In this document: positions 28,733-45,816 of the stretch, piece by piece
Numbering within the stretch: position 1 is the first letter of the stretch
Layout: each line of letters begins with the position of its first letter
Source: Octopus vulgaris
Lineage: Eukaryota
Length of the DNA stretch: 64,000 nucleotides
Reading direction: 5' to 3'
NCBI GenBank assembly: GCA_951406725.2
Contig: OX597822.1
Location: 95,604,001 to 95,668,000, forward strand
The notes under the pieces: model-generated
Seen by the model: only the letters and a program-made list of their open reading frames with translations
What the model was told of the DNA's origin: nothing
Database searches by the model: none
Translations under genes and position numbers: made by a program

Positions 28733-29120
28733 CTAGCAGTATCACCCGGCGTTGCTCGGGTTTGTAAGGGAAATAACTATATAAGCATTTTTAGAGAGTT
28801 ATAGCCAAAAAATACCAAAAAATGCATTAAAAATAGAAAAAAATGATGGTAAATTTTTTTTAAAATCGTTGACTCATCGTAGACATTTTTAGAGAGTTAC
28901 TTCCCTTATATAATAGCGAAAAAAATGCATTAAAATGGAAAAAATGATGGTAAATTTTTTTTTAAATCGTAGACTCATCGTAGACGCGCGCTAATACCCA
29001 GAAGGGCTCAATATGAATCACGACTATAAGATACCCGCTTTTGGTTACACTGCACCGCAAAATGTGGGAGTAGTTAGGAATCTAAATCGTAGGAGACAGA
29101 CACACAACTTCACTTTTATA

Positions 29121-29128
<8 letters not shown>
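28733..29128 (-). mobile_element. Non-autonomous Helitron, same family as 50219, with ~100-bp internal duplication
   Basis: CCCGAGCAACGCCGGG hairpin then CTAG|T. Confidence 0.85.
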
Positions 29129-29178
<50 letters not shown>

Positions 29179-29510
29179 ATAATATATGACATGCATGCGG
29201 ATGGGTAGAAGTCTTAAATGTGTATTGGTGGCAAAGGGAGTGTCAAGAAGCAATAGTTACTTCCGCACTGTTTATTTTTAGTGTCTCTCTCCTGTTAGTG
29301 ACAATCACAACGATATTTACAGGTACTATGTTAACATTAACAATAACAAAGGTCGAAATGTGAATACGGTTTGGTACAAAAAAAAACTAGTTCTATAGCG
29401 CACTGAGAGATATCAGTGTCCTTCATGAGACAGTCTGCCAGTGATATTGTGTTTTCTTCTCAAGTTGTGAAATTTGTGTTTTTGTGATGACGTAGACTGC
29501 AATTCTTGTC

Positions 29511-30512
29511 ATGGACAGGAAGTTAGAACAACGAGCAAACGTGAAAATTTGCGTTAAACTTGGGAAGTCTGCTACAGAGACATTGAACGTGCTTCAGCAA
29601 GCTAACAGCGACGAAGCAATGTGTCGTGCGCAATGTTTCAAGTGGCACGGACGCGTCAAAAGTGGAAAAAACGTCTCCGGAAGATGCTGAGCTATCTGGA
29701 AGACCTGCAACACAAGTCACCCCTAGGAATATAGCAAGATCTCATCAGCTTGTACATGAGGATCGTCGGAGGACAATCAAGACGTTTTGAAGCGCTTGTG
29801 GGAGGACATTCTGCGAAGGCGACTGGATCTATGGAATGTGAAGAATTGGATTCCTTACGACGACAATGCACCCTGTCACCGAGCTCTCCTCACTCGTAAA
29901 TTTCTCGCCCAAAACAACATGGTATCGCTTTCTGGAGGGTGCCGAGCTGGCAGAAACGTTAGCACGCCGGGCGGCCGTTTTCGTCTGTCGTTACGTTGTG
30001 AGTTCAAATTCCGCCGAAGTCGAGTTTGCCTTTCATCCTTTCGGGGTCGATAAATTAAGTACCAGTTACGCACTGGGGTCGATGTAATCGACTTAATACC
30101 TATGTCTGTCCTTGTTTGTCCCCTCTGTGTTTAGCCCCTTTTGGGTAATAAAGAAGTAGGTATTTCGTCTGTCGTTACGTTCTGAGTTCAAATTCCGCCG
30201 AGGTCGAGTTTGCCTTTCATCCTTTCGGGGTCGATAAATTAAGTACCAGTTACGCACTGGGGTCGATGTAATCGACTTAATACCTATGTCTGTCCTTGTT
30301 TGTCCTCTCTGTGTTTAGCCCCTTGTGGGTAATAAAGAAATAGGTATCGCTTCTGTACCCGGTCAATTCACGAGATTTAGCACCCGCATATTTCCATCTC
30401 TTCCCCGCGTATTTCCATCTCTTCTCCAGGATGAAAACGTAGCTTAAAAGTCGCCGTCTTAATACCGTTGTCGAAATCGAGACTTAATTGCAGAAGGGTC
30501 TCGACTCGCTTA
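29511..30512 (+). mobile_element. Internally deleted mariner remnant interrupted by SINE B dimer
   Basis: MDRKLEQRANVKICVKLGKSATET, SGRP, HEDRRRTI, DNAPCH, SRDLAPAYFHLFP. Confidence 0.85.
29935..30342 (+). mobile_element. SINE family B dimer (second unit 30159-30342, 184 bp)
   Basis: TSD GGTATCGCTT(T)CTG at 29921 and 30343. Confidence 0.9.
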
Positions 30513-30925
30513 CGCGTCTGTCGCCATCTAATTCCATTAATGTGAATTTGAATTGGGAGCTTGATTCATAGTGAATCTTTCATAAGCTTATTACCCTAAT
30601 GGAACCGTTTCAGATACTCACTTGATAGTGCTTGGCGATCCTGACTGTTGATGATTTTCTACTGTCACTCCGCTCAACATCAAGGTAAGAAGCAGCGTTG
30701 TCTCAGTTGAGCTCTTCCACTGCCTCTCCAAAATCCGCCATGCAAGCAGTCCCACGATTTAGCCGTATCCTTGGCACAGTGGCTGAACAAGTGCTGTACC
30801 TTGCCAAAGGGCTGCTGTAACTATACAGAGCACGGTCGTCACCCCGTAAGGTATATTCAAACACCCGTATACCCATTATGCAATAAAGAAAGCCATTGCA
30901 CCTGTAGCATAAATTAACATACTGG

Positions 30926-30968
<43 letters not shown>

Positions 30969-31010
30969 GCACATATATACATATACATATACGTACATAT
31001 ACATACATAC

Positions 31011-31071
<61 letters not shown>

Positions 31072-31076
31072 AAATA

Positions 31077-31196
31077 TCGGGGTCGATAAATTAAGTACCA
31101 GTTACGCACTGGGGTCGATGTAATCGACTTAATAATTATGTCTGTCCTTGTTTGTCCCCTCTGTGTTTAGCCCCTTGTGGGTAGTAAAGAAATAGG
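31077..31196 (+). mobile_element. SINE family B 3' fragment
   Basis: tcggggtcgataaattaag...aaagaaata followed by GGTAAT. Confidence 0.85.
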
Positions 31197-31249
31197 TAAT
31201 TAAAAAAGATACTTTCAGAAGTATTGCTATTGAATCTTCCTGGCTGGAC

Positions 31250-31760
31250 TAGTATGGTGGTGGTGATGGTTGTGGTGTTCTGGTTGGTATTGGTGGTGAT
31301 GGTGGTGATGGTAGGGGTGGTGAATTGTGACGGTGGTGTAGATGGTGGCTGTAGGGTTATTGTTGATAATGTTCATACTGTCGGTCCGAGTGGTTGACGG
31401 ATCTAATTATGTTGGTGGTTGGTATTTTGTGATGGTGAAAACGACTTGCTGGTGATAAAGGTGTGGTGGTGGTGAAGTGGTGATGTCAGCGTCGGCGGCG
31501 GTGGTGGTGGTGGTGGTGAAGTGGCACTGAGGAATGTAAGAAAGAATATAGTAGAGGTGGAGTTAGTGTTGATGTTGCTGCTATAAGTTGTAGTAGTGAT
31601 GTTGGTGGCAGTGCTTGTTGTTGGGGAAGGTGATAATGATAGTGGGGGTGGTAGTACTTATTACGGAGATAGTGATGGTGCTGGTGATGAAGGTAGAGAT
31701 AGTGATGCTGAGGCTGATGATGAAGATGCCGGAGTTTGAGGTGGCAGTGTTGGAGCGCCT
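31250..31760. repeat. Degenerate (GGT/GAT)n low-complexity tract
   Basis: Directly visible. Confidence 0.75.
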
Positions 31761-32139
31761 GCAGACGAAATAAGTCAAATATATAAATGGGTTGTTATAA
31801 ATGGTATATTGATTGAGAGCAGCGAAAAGAGTAAGAAATACTAGAAGTGACTGACTGTGTGAGTGACTTTGCTTGTGCGCATGTCTGTTACTGTGCAGGG
31901 CGGTTGGAATAGAAGTGTAGGAGAGAAACAGCAAGAGAATAAGATGAAAGAGAGAGAGCGAGAGAGAGAGAGATGGGGAGAGGAAAGGAGACAGCGAGAG
32001 AGAGTGAGAGAGAGCTTGTGTGTATGGTTGAGAGAGAGAGAGAGGAAGGAAAAGAAGATACTAAATATAGTATGTGTGTACATGTCTTTTTGTATGTATG
32101 TGTATCTGTGTGTGTGTGCATATTATGTACACACACACA

Positions 32140-32175
<36 letters not shown>

Positions 32176-32184
32176 TATATATAA

Positions 32185-32254
<70 letters not shown>

Positions 32255-32972
32255 GCACACACATTTATACACACACAAGCACATCTGCACATACACGTAT
32301 GCACACATATATATTGATGTTTGTTTTTGTCAAGTTATATATAAAGCAATTCGCCATTAAACTGAAAGATTATTCAATAAAACGTTTATAAGGAAAAAAT
32401 TGAGAACTACTTCGAAGTAATTATATACATGCATGCATTTATACATACATACATACATACATACATACATACATACATACATACATACATACGTACGTAC
32501 GTACATACATACATACATACATACGTACGTACGTACATACGTAGGCACATACCTACCTACCTACCTACCTACCTACATACATACATACATACATACATAC
32601 ATACATACATACATACATAAATACATACATACATACATACAAACATATGCATGTATGTATATGTCATTAAAATGCACATACATGCATGCATACATTGATG
32701 CATATACACAGACAGATAATATACATGAAAACACCTTCACACATTCACAAACAATTATTCGTGCGTGGGTCTGCAACGTCCACAAATCATTTCGTAACCT
32801 GGGCATTAAGTTTTCTAGCATGAGATGGAAACACAGCATTACCAATTCTATACAGATATATACTCTCATATTTATTGCTGAAATGTTTTCTTGGTGATGT
32901 GCCGAAGTGTTGTTTTACTTCATAGATGATCCGTTTGTACCCGAGCCTATTATTTGTCAACATCTTTAAACC

Positions 32973-33204
32973 TATTTCTTTATTACCCACAAGGGGCTAA
33001 ACACAGAGGGGACAAACAAAGACAGATATAGGTATTAAGTCGATTACATCGACCCCAATGCGTAACTGGTACTTAATTTATCGACCCCGAAAGGATGAAA
33101 GGCAAAGTCGACCTCGGCGGAATTTGAACTCACAACGTAACGCAGACGAAATACCGCTAAGCATTTCGCCCGGCGTGCTAACGTTTCTGCCAGCTCGCCG
33201 CCTT
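32973..33204 (-). mobile_element. SINE family B monomer
   Basis: 15-bp TSD caacatctttaa(a/g)cc. Confidence 0.9.
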
Positions 33205-34582
33205 TTCCAACATCTTTAAGCCGTTTCCTTTGTACCTCTCGCACATGCTTTTCTTAATTCAGCTAGGAGTAAATTGTCGTTGAGGTAACTGATGCTTCAA
33301 CATTGGCAGGACATGGCCATCTGATCGAAGCTGATGTTTTGTAATAATTGTTTCGATGTAGGAGAGACTGGCTTGCTGGAGTACATTGATATTCTTCTGC
33401 CTCTTCCACCACTGGTTGTGCAAGATTTCTACCATGGTGGTATATATACAACCTATGGAAACCCTACCTATAACTTGCCCTATTTTTCCATGTATAGGTG
33501 ACTTGACACAACAGTTGCTATTTGAGCAACAACTAGAGCTTGTAGTTCTCAGTAAGATTACTTACATACATACATACATACACACACATACATACATACA
33601 TACATACATACATACATACATACATACATACATACATACACACATGTGAACAGGCATTAATCTTCTTTCTTCGTTCTTTCGCACCATAAGGGCTCAACTC
33701 ACCTCCACTATTCATCTGTAAACTATTCAAGTTTACACGGATTTCCACACGCCTCCCACATTCAACTGTCCTCGTCACTACACACCTGCATACCGCTCAC
33801 CTCGATACACTCACCACATATACACCACTATACAGACACCCATACACACTAGTCAACTTGTCACTGACTTCACACACCATTACACACACAGTCATACCTT
33901 CCCACTCCACACACACTTGCACCGACCGCTTCTCAGCACCCACACCGCACACCATTATTCACACATCCACACACAATCTCCAATAAAATCACCACACATA
34001 CCACTATACGAGCAGCCACACACACTGTTTAAATCAGTACACACACCATACATCATCATGCACACTGCCACACCCACACAAGCACATAATGCTACTACAC
34101 AAACAATACATACACACACATAACACGCATAAACACATGCAACACACATAGATAACGTTCTCCAAAAAGCACACATTGTACACATGCACACCATTTGGCC
34201 ATCCCTACACACCCGTTAGACTCATTCGCCCCATTCACACATACACTTACAAACTCACACACAACATTCTCATATACGCACACACGCTTGCGCAACTTCG
34301 TTCGTTGGGATCACCATTATTATCTCCCTTTCATTCAACCTCATTTTCCCAGTCATACGCCATGTTAGAACTCTGAACTCTACATTGTTTTCTTCTCAGT
34401 TTTTTTTTCATTCTCTCTTCATTTTTCCATATTGTCCCTTTCTGTCGAAGAGTATAGGCTCGAAACATAAAAAAACTTTTTCATTTTTCATGAGCGTTAA
34501 ACTAATTCATCTGCTTGCTGTTCCTACACCTGTCTTCGTCTTTTGTTTTTTTTTTTTAATTTCAATTTGGACTCTCTCTCTC

Positions 34583-34624
<42 letters not shown>

Positions 34625-34789
34625 TCTCTGTAAATGTGGTTAGATGATTCAGAATATTTGATTTTCTTTCTTTTCAAGCGACCAGATGCGGTCGGTCCTG
34701 ATGCATTTAATCTGTTAAGTATGAGATCTTGATGCCAAATGGGAATTCCTCGTTAGTGAGGTCGGTTATTGCTGAGAGGAAGATGGAAG

Positions 34790-35945
34790 AGAGTATAGAA
34801 ATAGTTAAGAAACGTATGTATGCATGTTCTGTAGAGGAAATCCACTCCATAGACAACAAAGACTGCCAGATTCTAACATCAACCGGAAATCTTCACAAAA
34901 GTAGTGATATCGACAGGCTCTACTTAAGAGGAGTAAAGGATGTAGCTGCTTGAGATTAGTTCAGACAAACTTTGAATACCGCACTGTCTCTGAGACAGCA
35001 CTTACTAAACAACAGCAGCAAAAATAAATATACACTTAGTGCTGGAAAGTGAAGAAAACCATATCCTACGTGTTTGAAGTGAGCTCTTCAGGAAGAACTA
35101 TCTTCCTGATGACCTTCCATACAACCCCAAATCAGCCGGATAAGCATACCTCAAAGAAGACCTGAAAATCGAACGCTCAGCATATCAAAACAGACAGTTC
35201 ATGGGTATGTTTCTCGTAGACTTGACAAAAAAAAACTTAGTAAGATTGACATGAAGCAAAGCCTCTCTTGGACTCGTCAACATTACAGCAGACCAAACTT
35301 CGAAGGCTAAGTATTTGCAATCCAAGAGGAGGAGATTGCTGCTAAATACCTAATCAACAAAAGAGTCAGTGTTCCAAGATGAAACCGTAAATGTAGATTA
35401 TGTCATATTTCTGTGGAAGACATCCCACATGTGATTACCAGCTGCCCAGGAACGTCATCAACATACTGCCTCCCTATACGACGTTGTCGCAAAAACAAAA
35501 TACAATGAGATTCGCCGAAAATGACTGTTCAGGAATAAATATAGAGAATTGCACTGTTACCGAATACGTGCACAAATACCAGCACAAGGAATACTGGTGG
35601 AATATTTCCATGAAAATATCTGCCAAATGTAAACATAACAGGCCAGATATTATTATTTTTGGATTGACAAGAAAACGTATGTACCGTCTTAGAGGTCAGA
35701 ACTCCTCTTGATGTGAATAGCTCTTTGTAAATCAAAGAGACAGAAGACGAGTATGGACAACCTGATTACACATTTACCTTTATACCAATAAATATTTGGA
35801 GCCCCCGTTTTTGCAAGTAAATGCCTGACTATCAGTCTAGATAATCTAGGATTTTCAGAAAAAAAATCAACCAACTGATTCGACATTACAAATACAATCA
35901 GTAAACATAATAGTGAAACTATGCAAAACTTTTCCCAGGTTTAAA
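34790..35945 (+). mobile_element. Decayed R4-like LINE C-terminus (CCHC finger plus restriction-like endonuclease)
   Basis: HKSSDIDRLYL, FAIQEEEIAAKY, KCRLCHISVEDIPHVITSCP, HNRPDIII. Confidence 0.8.
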
Positions 35946-36064
35946 ATGTGACAATGTTTTCGATATCTACATTCCAAAAACTGAGTTTCGTATCTTTGTT
36001 AAAAAGCAACTCCTTCTTCAGAGGAAGAACATGAATGATTAAATACAGAAGAAACATAGAAACG

Positions 36065-36341
36065 TACATAAATACACACATACACACACACATACATACA
36101 TACATACATACATACATGCATACATACATACATACATACACACACACGCATACATACATACATACATACATACATACATACATACATACATACATACATA
36201 CATACATACATACATACATACATACATACATACACACACACACATACATACATACATACATACATACATACATACATACACACACACATACATACATACA
36301 TACATACATACACACACACATACATACATACATACACACAT

Positions 36342-36376
<35 letters not shown>

Positions 36377-36500
36377 TACATACATACATACATACATACA
36401 TACATACATACATACATACATACACACACATATATACATACATACATACATACATACATACATACACACACATACATACATACATACATACATACATACG
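36065..36500. repeat. (TACA)n/(CA)n compound microsatellite
   Basis: Directly visible. Confidence 0.95.
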
Positions 36501-36775
36501 TATATATCTGCGTATGTTTAAATATAGGCTGTTTAGACGGACATATGACCTATATGGTATTACTTCATTTGCTTAAAAAAGTATTCAAGTATTTAATCAC
36601 CGAGAGTGCTCTCTAAGCATATATAGACACGCACACACACGCATACAGACACGCATACACACACGCATACACATGCGCGTACACACACTAATGCATACAC
36701 ATGCGTATAATTTCATTGATAGACGTATGCGTATGTATATATATGTATGTACGTATCTCTCTCTCTCTCTCTCTC

Positions 36776-36825
<50 letters not shown>

Positions 36826-37482
36826 TATATACATGTGTGTATGAATGTATGTGAGTATGTATGCACGTATGTATGTATATATTTGTGTGTGCATGTGTGT
36901 ATGTGTGTATAACTATGAAGAACGTGGAATGTATGGCAAAAAGAAACGGATAATTGCATGGATACAAGAAACAAGGGAAATATTGCACACATTGGGGTGA
37001 GGCAGACGGCAGGAGAGAAAGTCAGAGGGAGAAGGAAAGAGAGGGAGTGAGTGAGTGAGGATAAAAAAGGAGAGGGAGGAAGAGAAAGAGAAAAAGAGAG
37101 ATAGAAGATGGATGTGGGGAGGATAAAAAGTGGTAAGACCGGTTAGATGGATTATCTAACCATAGACAAGACTATGGATTGGATTAAAGCGCCCAGAGGA
37201 CAGCAAAGAGAAAGAAGAAGAGGAAATGTGGGAGAGAGGGGGAGAGGAGAGGCGTAGACAGAGGGGAAAGCCGGCATTAGGAGAGTAAGTGGAAGTTGAA
37301 GACAGAGAGGTGTTACAGAATATATCTGTTTTTTTTTATATATAGCTAATATAGAGTTTGGGGGCGGGAGGAAAAAATGATGCGTGACTGTGGGGGTTGC
37401 CAACGAGTTTCTATATAGGTATATACATAGATATATTTGCTGGCATACGTGTGTGTATATATACGCACTTTTTCGCTGCATG

Positions 37483-37529
<47 letters not shown>

Positions 37530-37583
37530 GTGCATATGAGTATGGATTTAAACACACATTCGAGCACATATATATATACCTAC

Positions 37584-37657
<74 letters not shown>

Positions 37658-37680
37658 AATATAAATAAATATATATAGAT

Positions 37681-37789
<109 letters not shown>

Positions 37790-37840
37790 TAAATATATAT
37801 ATATATAAATATAAATAAATATATATATATATATACAAAT

Positions 37841-37877
<37 letters not shown>

Positions 37878-37947
37878 TGTATATATATATGTATATATAT
37901 ATATATATATACACTGATACATATATATTATGTATATATATATACAT

Positions 37948-37984
<37 letters not shown>

Positions 37985-38444
37985 CACACAAAGAGAAAGT
38001 GTGTGAGCGTGAAAAGAAAAGGGAGAGAGAGAGAAAGAGAGAGAGAGAGAAAGGAAGAGACAGTGAGTGTTCGTGTGCGTTTGTGTGTGTGTGTGTGTGT
38101 GTGTGTAAGTAAATTAGGATATGTCTTCAAAGCTTCAGATAGGATGACAGAATTGATGAGGGAGAAAGACAGAAACATGAAACGAAAGCATGAATGAATA
38201 AGCACGAAGCAGTGAAGAAACATAGAGAGAACGTATGAAAGAGTGAGAGAGTGCGAAAATAAGAGGTAAAAGAGTGAGAGAGAGAGAGAGAGAGAGAGAA
38301 AAAAGAGAAAGAAAGAGCTAAAGAAACAAAGAGGGTGTATGTGTGTGTGTGTGGTGGGGGGTTGCCAACGAGATTCTATATAGGTATATACATAGATATA
38401 TTTGCTGGCATATGTGTGTGTATATATACACACTTTTTCTCTGC

Positions 38445-38488
<44 letters not shown>

Positions 38489-38648
38489 TATTAATCAAGA
38501 TTAATCAGCCGAAATTGCTACGATGATCCGGTTCTTGACTGAAGATTGAGGGCTTCGAATGTCCCGTCCGTGTTTTTTGTATCTTCTTCTAAGTGTTTTG
38601 CGTTCTTGTCCCAGTTTGTATTTTTCTACATATAATAATAATAATAAT

Positions 38649-38685
<37 letters not shown>

Positions 38686-38885
38686 AACATATAAGGGATG
38701 GCCATAATAGGACATCCGACTCACTAGAAAGAGCAGTTAAACTCCAAACCACTAATAGTTGTAATTCTGAAATGGAAAGAGAAATTTAAACGTTTACCCA
38801 TATATATATATACATATATATATATTTATGTGTATATGAGTATGGATTTAAACACACCATTCGGGCACATATATATACCTACCTA

Positions 38886-40659
<1,774 letters not shown>

Positions 40660-40660
<1 letters not shown>

Positions 40661-41135
40661 GAGACAGGACGTCGCCAACTGTGTAAACAGCATGAAATAC
40701 GTAGACAAACGAATTAAATACTTAAACGACGAGAAAGATGGAAAACAGGACAAGTAAACACAGAGAAACGACCCTCCATCAGTTGTTATCTCTCTATCTA
40801 CTCCTCATTTCGAGCATTCAGCAACAATATGAGTTTCCAAATACAGTTGCTCCTATAAATTCTTAAATAAAATATAGGATTTAGGGAGGGTCAAAGTTGG
40901 GAACAAAAAGACGACATTGGAGTCATACTAGGAAACCGAACGAAAAAAAAAACATGGAGAGTCGTTAGACCAGAATAAGAGAAAAATAGTGAACGGTGGG
41001 AGAAATATTATCTTTGAAGAGAGAAAAGATAGAATAGGGAGAAGAAACACACCCAGTCCTTTCAACGTACGTGTAGGAAAAGAAATATGGTCCCGTAAGG
41101 AAAAGAAAAACGTACGATGGTCACGTGTGAGCAAC

Positions 41136-41173
<38 letters not shown>

Positions 41174-41400
41174 AAAAAACGGTGAAGAGGGAGGGAAAAG
41201 GAAATTATTGAAGGGTGGAGGAAAAAAGCAGTATAGAGTATAAACGCATCAAAAAGTTGAAGATAAACTTACTTGGAAATGGATGCGTAGAGTTCAATTA
41301 AATAATAATAATACATAATATATACATATGTATATACGTATATATATATGTATATGTATGTATATATATATACATATATGTATATATGTATATATATATA

Positions 41401-41431
<31 letters not shown>

Positions 41432-42068
41432 ATATATATATATTATTATTATTATTATTATTATTAAGTAGGAACAGGAAAAATTACATTTAAAAATGCT
41501 CACAGAAGATATACGTCCAAAATAATATTGTATTAATAGATAGATATATAAATATAAATATAAAGTACGATTATTTAAGAAGTTTAAAATATCATATGAT
41601 CGTTTGTGAATGTAATACTCCTCGAAACTTGGGCTAAAAATTTTGAAGAAATATTATACATCCGTGGTTAAAATCATCTGCATTAATCCATAATGGCTGT
41701 GTGTAGATGTCTACACACACTGTTCCTCCAGTGATCCCCGTTTTTCTCTCATTCTGGTCTAACAAACCTCCATGTTTGTTTTCGTTCTGTTTCCTTGTAT
41801 GTCTCCACCGTCCCGTTTTTGATCCCAACTTTGACACTTCGTAAATCCCAAATTTTATCTTAGAATTTATGGGAGCAGCTATCTTTAAAGACTCATATTG
41901 TAGTTCATTCCTCGATATGGGGAGTAGATAGACTGCTGACAACTGATGAAGGGTCGTTTCTTTGTGTTTACTTGTCCTGTTTTCACTTTCTCTCTCTCGT
42001 TGTTTAAGTAACTCGTTTGTCTACATATTTCATGTTCTTTACACAGTCGGTGACGTCATGTTCCTATT
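40660..42068. mobile_element. Inverted pair of a dispersed, probably PLE-derived repeat (40660-41300 and ~41750-42068); third copy ~44830-45450
   Basis: acaggacaagtaaacac...gaccctccatcagttg...gtcaaagttggg versus its reverse complement. Confidence 0.65.
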
Positions 42069-42193
42069 TATGCTTATATATATATATATACTTATACACA
42101 CATATACATATATATATATATATATATATATTAAATAAATATTATATATATATATGTGCATATATACATACGTATGTGTACATACTTCTATAC

Positions 42194-42231
<38 letters not shown>

Positions 42232-42730
42232 ACCGCGTGTGTACCGTTGGCGGAGTTTTTCCTCTGTCTTCCCTTCTCTGGATCTTTCCTTCTCCTTCCT
42301 TTTAATAGTAGTAAACTAATTACTGCTTGCTGCAGGGGGACTTGTAACCACTACAATATGTAGCGGCGGCAAGTCAACAGGTTGTTCTGAGACTTAACCT
42401 ACGAACTTTTATTTTTGGATATTACGGGGTTACTCAGATCTGCTTGTGTTATTCGCTTCCGCTGTTTTCCAGAGGCATGTGTGAGTATCTCACTTATATT
42501 CTCTCGTAAGCTTAACTGAAGACGAACGAACACTTATGGTGTTGATTCCGAAATTGATTCAATATTAAGATAACGAAATTTAAATGTTCCAAACGTAGAG
42601 TTGCCCGCATTTCAGTTCAACTTTCTGTAGCAAGTAGATTAAACGTGGATTTCAGTATATTGGCTTTAGAAAACTTTCTTTAGTCCTTGCTTATAAGATA
42701 TTTATAATTTTAACCGTAAAGGTTCTTTTA

Positions 42731-42786
<56 letters not shown>

Positions 42787-42791
42787 GTATG

Positions 42792-42825
<34 letters not shown>

Positions 42826-42991
42826 TGTATATATATATATATATGTATGTATGTATGTATATATATGTATATATATATATATATATATGTATGTATATAT
42901 ATATGTATGTATGTATATATATATATATATGTATGTATATATATATGTATGTATGTATATATATATGTATGTATGTATATATATATGTATG

Positions 42992-43062
<71 letters not shown>

Positions 43063-43357
43063 CAACAAAAGAATGAGACCTCGATATTTGTAGAAATAGA
43101 GAATTATTTTATATGCTAGAATTAATAGAGCAAACAGCAAACGGTTGTCATTATTACTACGCAACCTTTTGAATGTCGGAACTAAGAGTTACTCCACATT
43201 AATAGCTGACAAGAATATGCAGTAGATCTTACCTCCGACATTCGAAACTCTGAGTACTGGTAACGACAACCGTTTACAGTGTGCTCTATTAATTATAACA
43301 CGCACACACACATATATACATATTATATTTTTCCGTATGAAAATACTTCTTCCGTTT

Positions 43358-43742
43358 GTGGAGGCGCAATGGCCCAGTGGTTAAGGCAGCGGACTTGCGG
43401 TCATAGGATCGCGGTTTCGATTCCCAGACCGGGCGTTGTGAGTGTTTATTGAGCGAAAACACCTAAAGCTCCACGAGGCTCCGGCAAGGATGGTGGTGAT
43501 CCCTGCTGTACTCTTACACCACAACTTTCTCTCACTCTTACTTCCTGTTTCTGTTGTACCTGTATTTCAAAGTGCCGGCCTTGTCACTCTCTTTGTCACG
43601 CTGAATATCCCCGAGAACTACGTTAAGGGTACACGTGTCTGTGGAGTGCTCGGCCACTTACACGTTAATTTCACGAGCAGGCTGTTCCGTTGATCGGATC
43701 AACCGGAACCCTCGTCGTCGTAACCGACGGAGTGCTTCCACC
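43358..43742 (+). mobile_element. SINE family D
   Basis: 13-bp TSD ACTTCTTCCGTTT at 43345 and 43743. Confidence 0.92.
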
Positions 43743-44324
43743 ACTTCTTCCGTTTAGGGCAATGTTCCCTATGTTTCCAAGGATTTTAAATCGTACTTTA
43801 TTTAAGGGATTTCTTTCGTTTCCGTATAAATATATATAAACAAAAAAACAATAGAAGAATCGATTTATTAGACGGAGTCCAATATATATCATGAAATAAA
43901 TGGAACAGGTTTTTATGGTAATATGGATCATTTACTTAATTTAACCAGGCAGCTGTTTCTGTCGCAAAAGACCATTTTTATATATACAATTGAAGAACAT
44001 ATCTTTCAACTATATTATCATGTTTGGGCTATGTAGTATGCAAATTTAATAACATACTTTTTTGTGTGTGTGTTATATTATTTAATATAATTAATAATTG
44101 TATTATTACGTTGGACAGATTTTTATATACATGCATATGTACTTGATACGTATAGGCGCGCAAATGCTTACTAAGGCCATTTAATGTATACATGTTATTG
44201 GGAGTGAGAATTTATATACGACTGCATATACTACTATGTTTATATATTCAGAAATTAGTGCTGGTCAATAAGCTAATACGTTCATGGATCTATTTGTGAA
44301 CAGATATGTATGAGCATATGAAAT

Positions 44325-44364
<40 letters not shown>

Positions 44365-44539
44365 TTATTCTTTCTCTGTTTATTTCCTCGTGTTCCTTTC
44401 CGTTGAAGAGTGTGGGCTCGAAACGTAAAAGACTTTCTCGCCTTCCTGAGCGTCAAACTTATACACTTGCTTGTTGTTCATACATCTGCCTTCGTCTTTT
44501 GTTTATCTGTAAATTTCAACTATATATACGTATATACAT

Positions 44540-44754
44540 ATATATATAATATGAATAATATATATATTTATATATATAATATGAATAATATATATATATA
44601 TATATATAATATGAATATATATATATATATATATAATATGAATAATATATATATATATATATAATATGAATAATATATATATATATATATAATATGAATA
44701 ATATATATATATATATATAATATGAATAATATATATATATATATATATAATATG

Positions 44755-44800
<46 letters not shown>
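44540..44800. repeat. Minisatellite (TA)n-AATATGAATA, ~8 units
   Basis: Directly visible. Confidence 0.9.
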
Positions 44801-44805
<5 letters not shown>

Positions 44806-45816
44806 CATATATATGCACATGTACATACGTCATGAAATGTGTACTACAAAAAATACGAAGTACTAGTACATGGAATATGAGCTATTTTATCGAACAACGA
44901 AAGACACAAATGGAAAACAAGACAAACAACAGAAAGAACGACCTTTTATCGGTTGTTGGCTGTTTTTCTACTCTCTGGTTTTGAGTATTTAACAACAATA
45001 TACGCTTTCGATAAAATAGCTGCTTCCGCAAAGCAAATTAAATAAAATTTGGGATTTTGCGTAGGGTCAAAATTGGTAACACAAACAGGACAGTGAAGAC
45101 AAACAAGAGGGGATGCTAAACCTAAACGAGGTTGTGGTGGTGAACGCGTAAATCAAGCTTGGACAGGAGACAGACCAGAACACGTCTTCATTGTTCCAAC
45201 TACAACGGAGAGAAAGAAACACCAGTTACGAGAAGAAAGAAAGATAGCAGATGATCACGTGGGAGCCACGTGAGCAAGGGAGAGAGAGAGAGTGAAAGAG
45301 TAATGGGATAGAATAGTGGGAGAAGAAGAGGTAAAATAATAAAAGAAAGAAAGAGAGGAAAACAAAAGAGTAAAAAGATCGTATAGAGTGCGCATCAGAA
45401 TTATTAAGATAAAACTTACTTGGAAGAGGATGCGTGGCGTTCAATCATATAATGATATAAATAATAATAATAATAATAATAATAACTTTATTCTGATTTT
45501 ATTTTAGATATTAAAGCGTCATATTGAGAACTATTATAACGTGAGAGTCAGTACCGGTACTATCTTCTTCATAGTCGGATGGTTGGCGACTAAATTGTCT
45601 CCCTCTTTTGAATAGCTTGATACTTTCGTGTGGAGGATATCTGGGCACCCACCAAAACTAAAACCAAGACCTCTTGAAGGATGAATGAGCTTCCACAAGG
45701 CCAACGGCCTTCTAGATGTCGAAGGCAGTTCCAAACATCACTTAATCGGGAAGACTTCCTTTGTCGTGTCTTCAGCACGCTGCAAAACCGCACGATACAT
45801 GACAATATGTACATAT

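Noticed and set aside
30520-30910. GC-richer segment with splice-like signals on the minus strand
   Set aside because: Stops found in the frames read between the signals; more likely a decayed LINE
41905-41960. CTGATGAAGGG motifs (also 25222) and the minus-strand CTGATGA near 62178 as hammerheads
   Set aside because: No convincing set of stems I-III could be built around them
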